A model generated the notes under the pieces. The model worked only from the letters and a program-made list of their open reading frames with translations, was not told the DNA's origin and ran no database searches. A stretch of 64,000 nucleotides of DNA from an uncultured Bdellovibrionales bacterium (GTDB taxonomy: Bacteria; Patescibacteriota; Minisyncoccia; Moranbacterales; UBA1568): positions 5,072-69,071 of the forward strand of contig CAYNMD010000001.1 in NCBI GenBank assembly GCA_964398485.1, read 5' to 3'. This document shows, piece by piece, positions 29,331-39,330 of the stretch. Position numbers and translations under genes: made by a program. Every line of letters starts with the position of its first letter. The stretch's first letter is position 1.

Positions 29331-30008
29331 ATGGCAAGTTTTCGAGCTCATGTTTCATTGGGGATGGCTACGGGCGTACTTGGAGTGATGGCACTTGGCT
29401 CGGTTCTCGTGACACATGATATGTTTTTGGCGCTCAGTCTTTTTTTGGCTGCGGCACTTGGTTCAGTATTGCCTGACATTGATAGTGACTCAGGAATTCC
29501 TTTTCATGTTGCTTTTGGTTCTTTTTCTTTGGTGGGTGCTGCACTCACCGGTTCTCGAGTATATCAAGACGATCCGACGAATGTGACCAATGTTCTTAGT
29601 TGGTCTCTTGGTGCCTTCTTCTTTATCTATGTCTTTATTGGTTGGTGTTTCAAACGTTTTACGCGACATCGTGGCATGGCTCATTCACTCCCGGCTGCAC
29701 TTTTGGCGGGACTCCTCTTGTTTTTTGTAGTGGTCAGATTTGCCTATAGTGATGAAGAAGCCTTCTTACTTGCTCTCGCTCTTGTTGCTGGGTATATTGG
29801 CCATCTGGTACTTGATGAACTCTATGCGGCTACAAATTTTCATGGGCGACCCTTTATTCCAAATAAAGCTCTGGGGAGCGCGCTAAAACTTACTTCAGAT
29901 AACACTATAATTAATCTGACCGTCTATGGTGCTCTTCTTTTTTTGCTAGCTGGGAACGTTGGTCGTTTCTCCCTTCTTTTCGAGAAATTTTGGGAGACAG
30001 TCCAGTAG
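29331..30008 (+). CDS. Membrane-bound metal-dependent hydrolase (YdjM-like)
   Basis: N-terminal H, LPDID, HRGMAHS, HLVLD. Confidence 0.88.
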   Translation: MASFRAHVSLGMATGVLGVMALGSVLVTHDMFLALSLFLAAALGSVLPDIDSDSGIPFHVAFGSFSLVGAALTGSRVYQDDPTNVTNVLSWSLGAFFFIYVFIGWCFKRFTRHRGMAHSLPAALLAGLLLFFVVVRFAYSDEEAFLLALALVAGYIGHLVLDELYAATNFHGRPFIPNKALGSALKLTSDNTIINLTVYGALLFLLAGNVGRFSLLFEKFWETVQ

Positions 30009-30051
30009 GAGTTTGCTAGTATATGGGGGATGATGCTTGAAAAATAATTCT

Positions 30052-30636
30052 ATGCGAACATACGGAAAAATTATTCCCGATCTTATCATCGATGGTGTCC
30101 CGGCTCCCTACGGTGTTGTGAATGAGCGTGAAATTCGGGCGACAGCAGGAATTATGCTAGTTCTTGGTCTTTCTGCCTTTTACAGTGTTGTTTATGATAA
30201 AAATGTTGAGTTTGCTTTTTGGGTTGTTCTGGCTTTTTGGATAGACTTTGTTTTGAAAGTGGTAATTGACCCAGAGTGGTCATATATCGGTCGAATCGGT
30301 GCTTGGATCGTACGTCGTCAGAAACCAGAATATGTCGGAGCGATTCAGAAACGCTTTGCTTGGTCAATTGGCCTGATACTTTCGAGTATCGTCCTTGTCC
30401 TTATTGCTCGGATCAACTTTTTTTCCGGAGCGACCTGCAGTGCGACGGTATTGTCGCCTTGCTTTGTCCCGATGATTCTTTGCGGTATCTGCCTGTTTTT
30501 TATGTGGTTGGAATCAGCTGGTGGTATTTGTGTTGGGTGTCAGATATATTCTTGGCTGCTTAAAAAGGGATGGATACAGGAACCTATTTACAGACCAGCC
30601 TGTCCTGGAGGAGTCTGCTCGCTTGAAAAGCATTAA
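30052..30636 (+). CDS. DUF4395-family membrane protein
   Basis: NEREIRA.AG, QKRFAW.IG, ES..G.CVGC. Confidence 0.85.
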   Translation: MRTYGKIIPDLIIDGVPAPYGVVNEREIRATAGIMLVLGLSAFYSVVYDKNVEFAFWVVLAFWIDFVLKVVIDPEWSYIGRIGAWIVRRQKPEYVGAIQKRFAWSIGLILSSIVLVLIARINFFSGATCSATVLSPCFVPMILCGICLFFMWLESAGGICVGCQIYSWLLKKGWIQEPIYRPACPGGVCSLEKH

Positions 30637-30655
30637 TTTTTTAGAGAATAAACAT

Positions 30656-31072
30656 ATGGATATTAACTATTGGGCTGTGTTTGTGTGCGCGATACTTTCA
30701 ATGGCGATCGGTTTTCTTTGGTATGGACCGCTCTTCGAAAAGAAGTGGATGGAAGTCAATGAGCTTTCTCCTAATGACCTCGCCAAACGAGAATCAATGC
30801 AAAAAAGTGCCGGACCGCTGTATGTTGTCCAGTTTATGCTTTCTCTCCTGCAGATTTATATTTTGGCACATTTTATTAAAGGGTGGGCAGAAGTTTCTGG
30901 AGTGGAAAGTGCTCTTTGGATTTGGCTTGGCTTTGTGATGCCGACCGTGGCTGGACTTTCGATGTGGAACGCAAAACCCGCCAAGGTTCGTTGGATGTTA
31001 TTTGGTCTCTCGACTGGCTATCAACTGGTGAGCTTTGTTGTTTTTGGTCTCGTTTTAAGTATCTGGAAGTAG
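30656..31072 (+). CDS. DUF1761-family membrane protein
   Basis: INYWAV...GFLWYGPLF...W, WLGF. Confidence 0.85.
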   Translation: MDINYWAVFVCAILSMAIGFLWYGPLFEKKWMEVNELSPNDLAKRESMQKSAGPLYVVQFMLSLLQIYILAHFIKGWAEVSGVESALWIWLGFVMPTVAGLSMWNAKPAKVRWMLFGLSTGYQLVSFVVFGLVLSIWK

Positions 31073-31084
31073 TATAGGAAGAAT

Positions 31085-31468
31085 ATGCGTTCACGTTCTC
31101 TCCGCCAGCTCAGGAAGCTTCTCGATGGGTGGTCAGTGCCACATTTTCTTTTTGGAGTAGTAGTAGCTACGGCGGCTATTGCTTTTGAGTGGTCTCTGGT
31201 AGTAGCTTTTGTCACGATGCTCGTCGTAGCAGTTGCTTGGGAGTATTTTGAGAGACGTATCAATATTAAGGAAGCATTCGGAAATCCGTGGATGGATATT
31301 GTTCTTCCTATCATGGCTTTTGGCCTCACACTTCTTTTGGTTGATCAGAAGCCACTTCACCAAGAGGAGCATATTGGCCTTTTTGTTTGTGCAACCGGCC
31401 TTTTTTTGTTTGTGAATGGAGCTGCTTGGAAGGCTCGTTTTGAACGTGATCGAGATTTTTTGAGCTAA
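31085..31468 (+). CDS. Small multi-TM hypothetical protein
   Basis: D.WS..HFLFG, WE.FE, N...D motifs. Confidence 0.7.
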   Translation: MRSRSLRQLRKLLDGWSVPHFLFGVVVATAAIAFEWSLVVAFVTMLVVAVAWEYFERRINIKEAFGNPWMDIVLPIMAFGLTLLLVDQKPLHQEEHIGLFVCATGLFLFVNGAAWKARFERDRDFLS

Positions 31469-31510
31469 GGCCGCGACCAGATCGCTTATTGAGGGTAGGG
31501 GATGATATTC

Positions 31511-31539
31511 TTGACATAAATTAGGTATTTGTGTACACT
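31511..31539 (+). promoter_or_regulatory. sigma70-type promoter, cassette D
   Basis: TTGACA-17 nt-TACACT. Confidence 0.7.
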
Positions 31540-31631
31540 TCGCAATTGTCTACGGTCAGGCATGACCAAAGAACGTGCAGAAGGGGTCCACCGGATCTCG
31601 CACGCGCCCCAACCCAATGAAGGAGGCACCC

Positions 31632-31982
31632 ATGCAACAACCTCAAGCCCAGATGACCGCCGGTGGCAAGCCCTCGCGCCGCAGCGGCCGTGGCAGCAAG
31701 CGCTTCACGATTGTCCGCAATGGCCAGAAGATCGAGGGCCTGAACGAGAGCCAGCTGCGCGGCCTGATCGACTGGGAGCACTGCGACGGCGAGCACAAGG
31801 GCGAGAAGGTCGCAAGCCTGTTCATCGGTCAGGCCGGTGACGACCAGATCGCCATCGCTCAGGGCGACGACAAGCGTGGCATCACGCTCTACAAGCCGGC
31901 CGAGGTGTTGGTCGCCATGAGCCGCCTGGACGCCCTGTGCCACAAGGTGTTCGACAAGCAGCGCGCCGCCGGCAAGATCTGA
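31632..31982 (+). CDS. GC-rich orphan protein (116 aa), cassette D
   Basis: AGGAGG 5 nt before ATG; strongly G/C-ending codons; basic N terminus. Confidence 0.75.
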   Translation: MQQPQAQMTAGGKPSRRSGRGSKRFTIVRNGQKIEGLNESQLRGLIDWEHCDGEHKGEKVASLFIGQAGDDQIAIAQGDDKRGITLYKPAEVLVAMSRLDALCHKVFDKQRAAGKI

Positions 31983-32046
31983 TCGCTGGCGCGCCGCCGG
32001 CTACAACTGAAACTGCTCACCGCGGAACCCACGGTTGAGCCCAACC

Positions 32047-32091
32047 CACCCGAGCATCCAGAAAGGAGATGACTCGGGTGAATTATTTTTT
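32047..32091 (+). terminator. Terminator, cassette D
   Basis: CACCCGAGCATC...GATGACTCGGGTG then AATTATTTTTT. Confidence 0.7.
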
Positions 32092-32106
32092 AGAAAAATT
32101 TACAAC

Positions 32107-32276
32107 AAAAAAACTGACCAAAAGCCAGTGATGATTTCTCTTATGCTGCTTGAAAAACCGAAAGCCCTCAATGCGGGAGGATGGGTCTGGATCCCCGTAA
32201 ATGAGCTTGTCGGAAAAATTCATTTTCCCGGTAAACCAGGTGGGTTCCAATTTTCGCCCTCCGTTCTGAAGGCTCT
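32107..32276 (-). ncRNA. Candidate structured ncRNA (6S-like rod)
   Basis: TGCTATAAT promoter; ends pair (AGAGCCTTCA/TGAGGGCTTT); internal bubbles; apical CGGGAAAA/TTTTTCCG; terminal hairpin and T-run; no convincing ORF. Confidence 0.45.
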
Positions 32277-32379
32277 GGGGTCATTATAGCACGTTTTTAT
32301 TTCTGTCAATAGCCTGATCAAAAAATTTTGATAAATGAGGGGGCGCTCGATGCTATACTACAGTTACTCATGCTGCAAC

Positions 32380-33312
32380 ATGGCATTTTTCAAGAACAAA
32401 CATCACTCAGATCTTTCTATTGGCGTTCTTACCCTTGCTCTTTTGGCAGGTATTTCCTTGCCTGAGCTTCTCGCGCCTCTTCAGATATGGAGCACCATCT
32501 TGCTACAGATTATTTTTTTTCTCACGAGCCTTCGTATTGAGCTGCGTGGGTTGTGGCAAGAGTTTCGAGACGTACGCGCGATAGTAGTGGTGACATGCTT
32601 CATGTTGGTGATCCTTCCGCTCTTGGCCTATGTCAGTATGCGTCCTTTGGGGGAGGACTTGGCTCTGGCTCTCTTTCTGTTAGCGGCGATGCCAGTCGGT
32701 ATGACAACCCCACTTTTAGCGCAGCTTCTGGGGCTGAATGTGTCATTAGCGTTGGTGTTTACACTCTCAACCTCCCTACTGCTTCCTGTGACGCTCCCGC
32801 TCCTCTTTGGGGTAGCGCTTCCCCAATCAGTGGCAATTGATCTCTCACACCTTTTTGTAACCCTTGTTCAGGTAATTCTCTTCCCGTTTCTTTTGGCACA
32901 AATAGTACGACGATTTCTACCAAGTGCAATCGAGCGTGCTTCTGCAACTATCAAAAAACTTGGTCTATTCTCTATGTGTCTTCTGATGGCGGGGATTGCA
33001 GCACGATATCATGAAGAGCTTGTTGGTCGTTTTTCTCTCGAATATCTTTTTGGACTCTTGGTGTTGACTGGATTTTTTATTATTGTTCATGTACTGAGTT
33101 ACTGGCTCCTCTGGTGGCGTAATGTTTCGGATCGAATGACCGTGGTACTGTCAGTGGTGTATATGAATTTTACTCTGGCTATCTACATCGCCCAGCAGTT
33201 TTTCCCCGATCCGGAGATTCTCCTCTATACTATTCTTTCAATTATTCCTTGGAATATTGGTATGCTCCTGTTTCGCCAAATGCTTGGCAAACAAAAAAAT
33301 AGCTTTGTGTAA
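32380..33312 (+). CDS. Bile acid:sodium symporter (BASS) family transporter
   Basis: About 10 TMs; LAAMP.G, STSLL.P.TLP, N..LA. Confidence 0.85.
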   Translation: MAFFKNKHHSDLSIGVLTLALLAGISLPELLAPLQIWSTILLQIIFFLTSLRIELRGLWQEFRDVRAIVVVTCFMLVILPLLAYVSMRPLGEDLALALFLLAAMPVGMTTPLLAQLLGLNVSLALVFTLSTSLLLPVTLPLLFGVALPQSVAIDLSHLFVTLVQVILFPFLLAQIVRRFLPSAIERASATIKKLGLFSMCLLMAGIAARYHEELVGRFSLEYLFGLLVLTGFFIIVHVLSYWLLWWRNVSDRMTVVLSVVYMNFTLAIYIAQQFFPDPEILLYTILSIIPWNIGMLLFRQMLGKQKNSFV

Positions 33313-33317
33313 TCACT

Positions 33318-34364
33318 ATGACAAAAAAACGAGCACTCACAATTTGTTTCTTGATGATAATACTCAGTGGAAGAGTAGTACTGATTACTCGTCTCCAGCT
33401 GTCCCATTCAACCGATATCATCTTGGAAGAGTCGAGCGATAGAGAGGGTGATCAAGAGAGGCTTACAGCGGATCAAAAAATTGAGTCAGTACCACATTCG
33501 GTTTCACTCCCAGCATTGATGGAGAAGAATTTTACAGGTAGTGATCTCAAGCTTGTGTCGGTGCTTGATCGCGGCAGTGCTTATACTCGGTATCGCATGA
33601 GCTATACCAGTGGAGCTTTTACTATCTCGGGAATCGCCAATATTCCCCATGGAGAAGGGCCATTTCCAGTACTCCTCCTCAATCACGGCTATATTGATCC
33701 AAAAATTTATACCAACGGTCGGGGTCTAAAGCGAGAACAAGATTATCTCGCTCGGCGAGGGTACGCTGTTTTTCATTCTGATTATCGCAATCACGCAGAA
33801 TCGGATGATGATCCGGAGAATGAATTAAATTTTCGTTTGGGGTATACCGAAGATGTTATTAATTTGGTGTATGCTCTACAGTCGGCAAAATTACCTTTTC
33901 TTGATGCCGAGCGAGTGGGCATGTTGGGCCACTCTATGGGTGGTGGGGTGACGATCAACACACTGGTTGTGCAGCCAGATTTGGTTGATGCAGCAGTTTT
34001 GTTTGCTCCAGTTTCGGCAAACTATGAACGGAACTATGAACGTTGGACAAAACGTGAGAGTGAAACGGGCAAGAAAATTATTGAGCGCTATGGTACCCCG
34101 GAGACGAATCCAGATTTTTGGCACGGGGTCTCGGCAAAGAATTATTTTGATCGCATACAGTCTCCCATTCAAAACCATCATGGTACCAAGGATGATTCGG
34201 TTGAGATCAAATGGTCTGATGAGCTAGCTGTTTGGTTGAAAGAGGCAGGTAAGAGTTTGGATTATCATGTTTACCCAGGTGAGCCACACGAGTTTACCCT
34301 AGCATGGCCGACCGTGATGCAGCGGACAGTTGAATTTTTTGATCAACATCTGAAATCATCTTGA
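33318..34364 (+). CDS. Alpha/beta hydrolase (S9 peptidase-like)
   Basis: NHGY, GHSMGG, HHGTKD, H triad. Confidence 0.88.
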   Translation: MTKKRALTICFLMIILSGRVVLITRLQLSHSTDIILEESSDREGDQERLTADQKIESVPHSVSLPALMEKNFTGSDLKLVSVLDRGSAYTRYRMSYTSGAFTISGIANIPHGEGPFPVLLLNHGYIDPKIYTNGRGLKREQDYLARRGYAVFHSDYRNHAESDDDPENELNFRLGYTEDVINLVYALQSAKLPFLDAERVGMLGHSMGGGVTINTLVVQPDLVDAAVLFAPVSANYERNYERWTKRESETGKKIIERYGTPETNPDFWHGVSAKNYFDRIQSPIQNHHGTKDDSVEIKWSDELAVWLKEAGKSLDYHVYPGEPHEFTLAWPTVMQRTVEFFDQHLKSS

Positions 34365-34368
34365 AATT

Positions 34369-35571
34369 ATGCAAAGAATTTGGTGGATAATTGGAATTGT
34401 ATTGACCCTTGTCCTTTTTTGGATTGGTGCTCAATGGTTGGCGCTTTTTGAAGGGGGTTGGGCGCCTGGTGAAGTTCGTCAAATCTCGCCCCAGTCTCCA
34501 AATCCCGTTCCACTTTTAGAAAAACAAACGGCAGTAGAGCGGCGTTTGGTCATTGAGGCAGTAGCTACTGGATTGGATACCCCATGGAGTCTCGTTTTTA
34601 CGGATAGTGACCGTATATTGGTTGCAGAACGTCCCGGGCGGATTCGAGTGGTGAGCAAAGGAGAACTTAGAGAGAAGCCGCTCTATACTTTTGCTGAGGT
34701 TTCTGAAACTGGCGAAGAGGGGCTTATGTCCATGGTGCTTGATCCAAACTACAGAGAGAATCGATGGCTCTATGTAGCACTGGCGTATCCAGGAAGCACT
34801 GGGCTTTTGGTTCGAGTAATGCGCTTTACTGATAAGGGGGATTCTTTCATTGAGCCGAAGATTATTCTCGATCAGATTCCAGCCGCCAAGTACCATGCTG
34901 GATCGGCTATGATCTTTGGACCAGACGGGAAACTCTATATTACCACTGGTGATGCGACAGAAAAAAAATTAGCTCAAGATCTTGGATCGCTAGCAGGTAA
35001 AGTGCTTCGGATAAATGCTGATGGGAGTATCCCGAGTGATAATCCGTTCTCGGGGAGTCTTGTTTGGTCATACGGTCATCGGAATTCACAGGGGATCGCT
35101 TGGCATCCGTTGATGGAGAAATTTTATGCAAGTGAACACGGCCCGTCAGTATTTGACGGCCCAGCTGGTGGGGATGAGATCAACTTGATAGAAAGGGGTA
35201 AGAATTATGGTTGGCCGCTCGTTTCACATGAGAATTCATATGAAGGAACAGAAGCTCCCCTTATTAGCTTTACACCCGCGGAAGCCCCGGCATCCATGAT
35301 GGTTTATTCAGGAAGGGGGAATCAAAAATGGCAGGGAAATCTTTTCTTCGGAGCGCTTCGTGGAGAGGGGATAGTACGTATAGAGCTCGACCAATCTGAT
35401 CCGAAAAAAATTATTCGTGTCGAGAAATTATCAGAGGTGCGGTTCGGGCGGATTCGTGCAATAGTAGAAGCACCTGATGGTTCGATCTATTTCACTACCT
35501 CCAATCGTGATGGGCGCGGTAAGCCAGTACATGATGATGATAGAATAATGCGGATACGATTTGTGGAGTAA
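34369..35571 (+). CDS. PQQ-dependent sugar dehydrogenase (GSDH family)
   Basis: GL..PW, H.G..FGPDG.LY.TTGD, YGHRN.QG, DEIN.I..G.NYGWP. Confidence 0.92.
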   Translation: MQRIWWIIGIVLTLVLFWIGAQWLALFEGGWAPGEVRQISPQSPNPVPLLEKQTAVERRLVIEAVATGLDTPWSLVFTDSDRILVAERPGRIRVVSKGELREKPLYTFAEVSETGEEGLMSMVLDPNYRENRWLYVALAYPGSTGLLVRVMRFTDKGDSFIEPKIILDQIPAAKYHAGSAMIFGPDGKLYITTGDATEKKLAQDLGSLAGKVLRINADGSIPSDNPFSGSLVWSYGHRNSQGIAWHPLMEKFYASEHGPSVFDGPAGGDEINLIERGKNYGWPLVSHENSYEGTEAPLISFTPAEAPASMMVYSGRGNQKWQGNLFFGALRGEGIVRIELDQSDPKKIIRVEKLSEVRFGRIRAIVEAPDGSIYFTTSNRDGRGKPVHDDDRIMRIRFVE

Positions 35572-35590
35572 TTTTTTGAAGAACACAACA

Positions 35591-35956
35591 ATGAATGTCA
35601 AAGAACTTTTTAAGGTTGCCTCACTACCAGTAATACTTGCTTCACTTTGTTGTCTCTCACCCCTCATCCTGGTCATGTTGGGACTTTCTACGGTCGGGTT
35701 TGCTGCCTCACTTGCAGACTCGTTTTATGGTGAATACAAATGGTATTTTCGATTGGTAGGACTCCTGGCTCTTGCGGGGGCGTATTTTGTCTATTTACGC
35801 AAACAAGGGGTGTGTACTCTCGATCAGGCCCGACGTGAACGCAACAAAATCATTAATCAATTTCTCCTCCTCGTTATCACGGGCATTGTTGGGTATCTTT
35901 TCTTTCTTTATGTGGTGGTTCATTATGTGGGGGTGTGGTTCAAAATTTGGGAGTAA
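35591..35956 (+). CDS. MerT-like small membrane protein
   Basis: ASLCCLSPLILVMLG, three TMs. Confidence 0.65.
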   Translation: MNVKELFKVASLPVILASLCCLSPLILVMLGLSTVGFAASLADSFYGEYKWYFRLVGLLALAGAYFVYLRKQGVCTLDQARRERNKIINQFLLLVITGIVGYLFFLYVVVHYVGVWFKIWE

Positions 35957-36025
35957 ATAACTAATTCTCTTGACAGATGAGTTAAAAATTGATAGTCTTC
36001 GTATTCAATCATTATCCTATCATTC

Positions 36026-37216
36026 ATGAATTTTCATACGCTTGGTATTCCACCGAGCCTTCTCAATATCCTTGATCAGTTCAAGCTTACTGAACCAACC
36101 CCGATTCAGGCTCAGGCTATTCCGGTTGCTCTTCAGGGCAAGGACGTGATGGGTATCGCCCAGACGGGGACAGGAAAGACACTGGCTTTTGGTGTCCCCC
36201 TTCTTGCTCAAGTTTTGGCTGATCGAACCAAACAAGGCCTGGTGCTGCTCCCGACCCGTGAGCTTGCGCTACAGGTTCATGAATCGCTCATGCGTTTTGG
36301 AAAACCACTTGGTTTCCGTGCCGCCGTTCTTATTGGTGGAGATAATATGGAGAAACAGAAGCGCCAACTGCGGGCCAATCCCCATATTCTCATTGCAACC
36401 CCAGGTCGTCTCAATGACCATCTGATGCAAAAGACGGTTTCACTCGATCGAGTAAAAATTCTTGTTCTCGATGAAGCTGACCATATGCTCGATATGGGGT
36501 TTGCACCGCAGATTGCTCAGATAGTGAAACATGTACCACGAGAGCGACAGACCATGCTTTTTTCGGCTACGATGCCCCAAGAGGTTATCGCACTGGCCAC
36601 TTCATATATGAAGCTTCCGCTTCGAGTAGAGGTGTCGCCGCCCGGGAAAACGGCTGATAAGATTGCTCAGGAAATTTTCTTTGTGCCTCACATGGAGAAG
36701 TTGGAACTCTTGGTAAAGCTCTTGAATGAAAATGTGGGGAGTACACTCGTCTTTACTCGGACCAAGTATATTGCTAAGCGGATAGCACTTTCTCTTCGTA
36801 ACAAAGGATTTACCTCGGCTGAGATTCACTCTAATCGCTCGCTCTCGCAGCGGCGCGAAGCTCTTGATGGTTTTAAGACTGGACGTTATCGCGTTTTGGT
36901 GGCAACCGATATCGCTGCGCGAGGAATTGATGTTTCCGGTATTGCTCTAGTTATTAATTATGACCTTCCAGAAAAGCCAGAAGACTATGTTCATCGTATC
37001 GGTCGTACCGCGAGAGCTGGTCGTGAAGGGAAGGCTATTTCACTCGCTACTCCTGATCAGCGCGGTCATGTGAAATCAATTGAGCGTCTGATTAGCATGT
37101 CACTCCCTGTTAGTGGAGGACATGATTTGGTGGCTGGTATGAGTGATGCAGCTGCTATTCGTCGTCCACGATCCAGTCGTCCTCGTGGCTCTCGTCATTT
37201 TGGTCGCCGGCGATAG
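36026..37216 (+). CDS. DEAD-box RNA helicase
   Basis: AQTGTGKT, PTRELA, DEAD, SAT, HRIGRTAR. Confidence 0.96.
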   Translation: MNFHTLGIPPSLLNILDQFKLTEPTPIQAQAIPVALQGKDVMGIAQTGTGKTLAFGVPLLAQVLADRTKQGLVLLPTRELALQVHESLMRFGKPLGFRAAVLIGGDNMEKQKRQLRANPHILIATPGRLNDHLMQKTVSLDRVKILVLDEADHMLDMGFAPQIAQIVKHVPRERQTMLFSATMPQEVIALATSYMKLPLRVEVSPPGKTADKIAQEIFFVPHMEKLELLVKLLNENVGSTLVFTRTKYIAKRIALSLRNKGFTSAEIHSNRSLSQRREALDGFKTGRYRVLVATDIAARGIDVSGIALVINYDLPEKPEDYVHRIGRTARAGREGKAISLATPDQRGHVKSIERLISMSLPVSGGHDLVAGMSDAAAIRRPRSSRPRGSRHFGRRR

Positions 37217-37239
37217 AGTGATCGCTTGGTGTAAGGTGT

Positions 37240-38022
37240 ATGTGGAAATATTTCTTTGGAACTCTTTTTTTGGTGGGGTTTTTGGGAGCCTGGTTTTGGT
37301 TTGATCAAAAAAGTGACCATGTTCAACCGACGACTTTTGAAAACACCTATTCTCGTACTACGCCGGAAGAGACTTCGAAAAATGTAGAACCGATACCAGT
37401 GTCCCCCGTAGAGCCTCCGAAGCCAATCATCCAAGACATTGCGTATCCCGTTCCCTTTACCTCACAGGCTCCGACTGGGGAATGGAATTTGAGTGCGTTC
37501 CAAGACGGCTGCGAAGAAGCGTCGACCCTTATGGTGTGGATGGCCCGAGAGAAGAAAACGCTGACATCGGTAGAAGTAAAGGCCGAGCTCTTGGATATGG
37601 CTTCATTTCAGACGAAGATCATTGGCCATGGTGTGGATACAGATGTGAGTGATACCAATGCGTATCTCTTGAAGGAGTATTTTGGAATTACAGACGGAGA
37701 GGTGGTGTATGACTTCATGCTCGATGAGCTCAAAGAAGCAGTGATGAAGGGCATAGTAATCGTTCCTACTAATGGTCGGGCTTTACATAATCCCAATTTT
37801 ACGGCGCCCGGACCACTCCAGCACATGCTCGTCATCACGGGTTATGATGTGACAACCAAAGAATTTATTACCAATGATCCGGGAACAAGAAAAGGGGACG
37901 GATACCGATATCCAGAGCAAGTTTTGTTTGATGCTATTCGTGAATATCCAACTGGAAAGCACCTCCCTATCACCACCGAACGTAAAGCAATGATACTGAT
38001 TCCGTTCACAACGAAGGATTGA
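37240..38022 (+). CDS. TM-anchored C39-like cysteine peptidase
   Basis: VPFTSQAP, GCEEAS, HMLVITGYD, NDPG. Confidence 0.85.
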   Translation: MWKYFFGTLFLVGFLGAWFWFDQKSDHVQPTTFENTYSRTTPEETSKNVEPIPVSPVEPPKPIIQDIAYPVPFTSQAPTGEWNLSAFQDGCEEASTLMVWMAREKKTLTSVEVKAELLDMASFQTKIIGHGVDTDVSDTNAYLLKEYFGITDGEVVYDFMLDELKEAVMKGIVIVPTNGRALHNPNFTAPGPLQHMLVITGYDVTTKEFITNDPGTRKGDGYRYPEQVLFDAIREYPTGKHLPITTERKAMILIPFTTKD

Positions 38023-38084
38023 TTTTTTGAGTATTTATGGTAGGGTAAGCCTATCGTTTTCCTGCTTACCATTGGAGGTTTCAC

Positions 38085-38447
38085 ATGGCTACTGAACGGA
38101 AGACTTTGTTTTTTGCTGAACCGATTACGACGGAAGCAGCTGAACGAATTGGTTCCTATCTTGCAGAGCGTCAGATCGCCTGCAACTGGCGTGAAGGTGT
38201 TGAAGATACCGAGGGAAAACCTCATCAAGGCTGGGACGGGCTTGATCTCAGGACAATGCGACTCATCCGGTCGATGCAGCGACAGGACACCCGAGTCCTT
38301 GTCGGTTACTGGGAACATGAGGATTCGGGTGGGGCCAGGCTGAAGTCAGCGAATTTCATCGTGATTACGGCACCTGGTCTCAAACTGCGTCGCTCAGCCA
38401 AATACAAGCAGGCTGCTGGGCAGATTCCGAAGCGAACCACTACCTGA
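38085..38447 (+). CDS. Orphan protein (120 aa), cassette E
   Basis: GGAGG 6 nt before ATG; TTGATT-16 nt-TAGGGT upstream; hairpin 38453-38483 plus T-run. Confidence 0.65.
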   Translation: MATERKTLFFAEPITTEAAERIGSYLAERQIACNWREGVEDTEGKPHQGWDGLDLRTMRLIRSMQRQDTRVLVGYWEHEDSGGARLKSANFIVITAPGLKLRRSAKYKQAAGQIPKRTTT

Positions 38448-38518
38448 ATCTATGCCGGCCCTTAGGAAACCCTCGGGCCGGCACGATCATTTTTTGAGGA
38501 GTATATAATAGAAAGACT

Positions 38519-39262
38519 ATGGCAATAGTTCGATCGAGAAATATTTTTGACCCAGCGAGCGAGACAGCGTTTAAGTTGTCACGCTCCAAACTGGAACTCT
38601 TCCTCGAGTGTCCGCGGTGTTTTTATATTGATCGCAGGCTGGGCATTGGTCGGCCGACAGGGCCACCGTTTAATCTCAATAAAGCTGTGGATACACTCCT
38701 CAAGAAGGAATTTGATATTCATCGATCAGCGGGGACGCAGCATCCTCTCTTAGAAAAGTATGACGTTGATGTGCGGCCAGTGTCTCATGAAGAGCTCGAT
38801 ATTTGGCGGGAGAATTTTCAGGGTGTGCAATATCACCACCAGCCAACACATTTAATCATTACCGGTGCAATCGATGACCTCTGGATCAATTCTCGTGAGG
38901 AATATATCGTCGTAGATTACAAAGCAACCAGTAAGGATGAAGTAATTGATAAGCTCAATGATACTTGGCACCATCAGTATCGTCGTCAGATGGAAATCTA
39001 TCAGTGGCTCCTCCGAGCAAATGGCTATCGTGTTTCGCCAACTGGGTATTTTGTCTACTGTAATGCAGGCACAGATAAAACGGCTTTTGATGGGAAACTT
39101 GAATTCGATGTTCGTCTTATTGCTTATGAAGGGAATGATGATTGGGTGGAAGGGGTTATTTATCGAGCCAAAGAGTGTCTGATGGGAAGTGCTTTGCCTC
39201 AAGCCTCGCCTAATTGTGACTACTGTACTTTTGCTGAAGCGAGGGCAAGAGTTGAAAGGTGA
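38519..39262 (+). CDS. PD-(D/E)XK nuclease family protein with probable Fe-S cysteines
   Basis: LSRSK...CPRC, GAIDD, VDYK, Q..IY, CDYC. Confidence 0.88.
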   Translation: MAIVRSRNIFDPASETAFKLSRSKLELFLECPRCFYIDRRLGIGRPTGPPFNLNKAVDTLLKKEFDIHRSAGTQHPLLEKYDVDVRPVSHEELDIWRENFQGVQYHHQPTHLIITGAIDDLWINSREEYIVVDYKATSKDEVIDKLNDTWHHQYRRQMEIYQWLLRANGYRVSPTGYFVYCNAGTDKTAFDGKLEFDVRLIAYEGNDDWVEGVIYRAKECLMGSALPQASPNCDYCTFAEARARVER

Positions 39263-39330
39263 TAAAAAAAGCGCCGCGAGCCTGTTGGCTCTTGGTGCTT
39301 GAGGTGGTCTGAATGATGGTTTCCAACAGA

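Noticed and set aside
35591-35956. Mercury resistance operon
   Set aside because: Only a MerT-like CC motif; no merR, merP or merA nearby.
38519-39262. Cas4-like nuclease as evidence of CRISPR-Cas
   Set aside because: No repeat-spacer array or other cas genes seen in the window.
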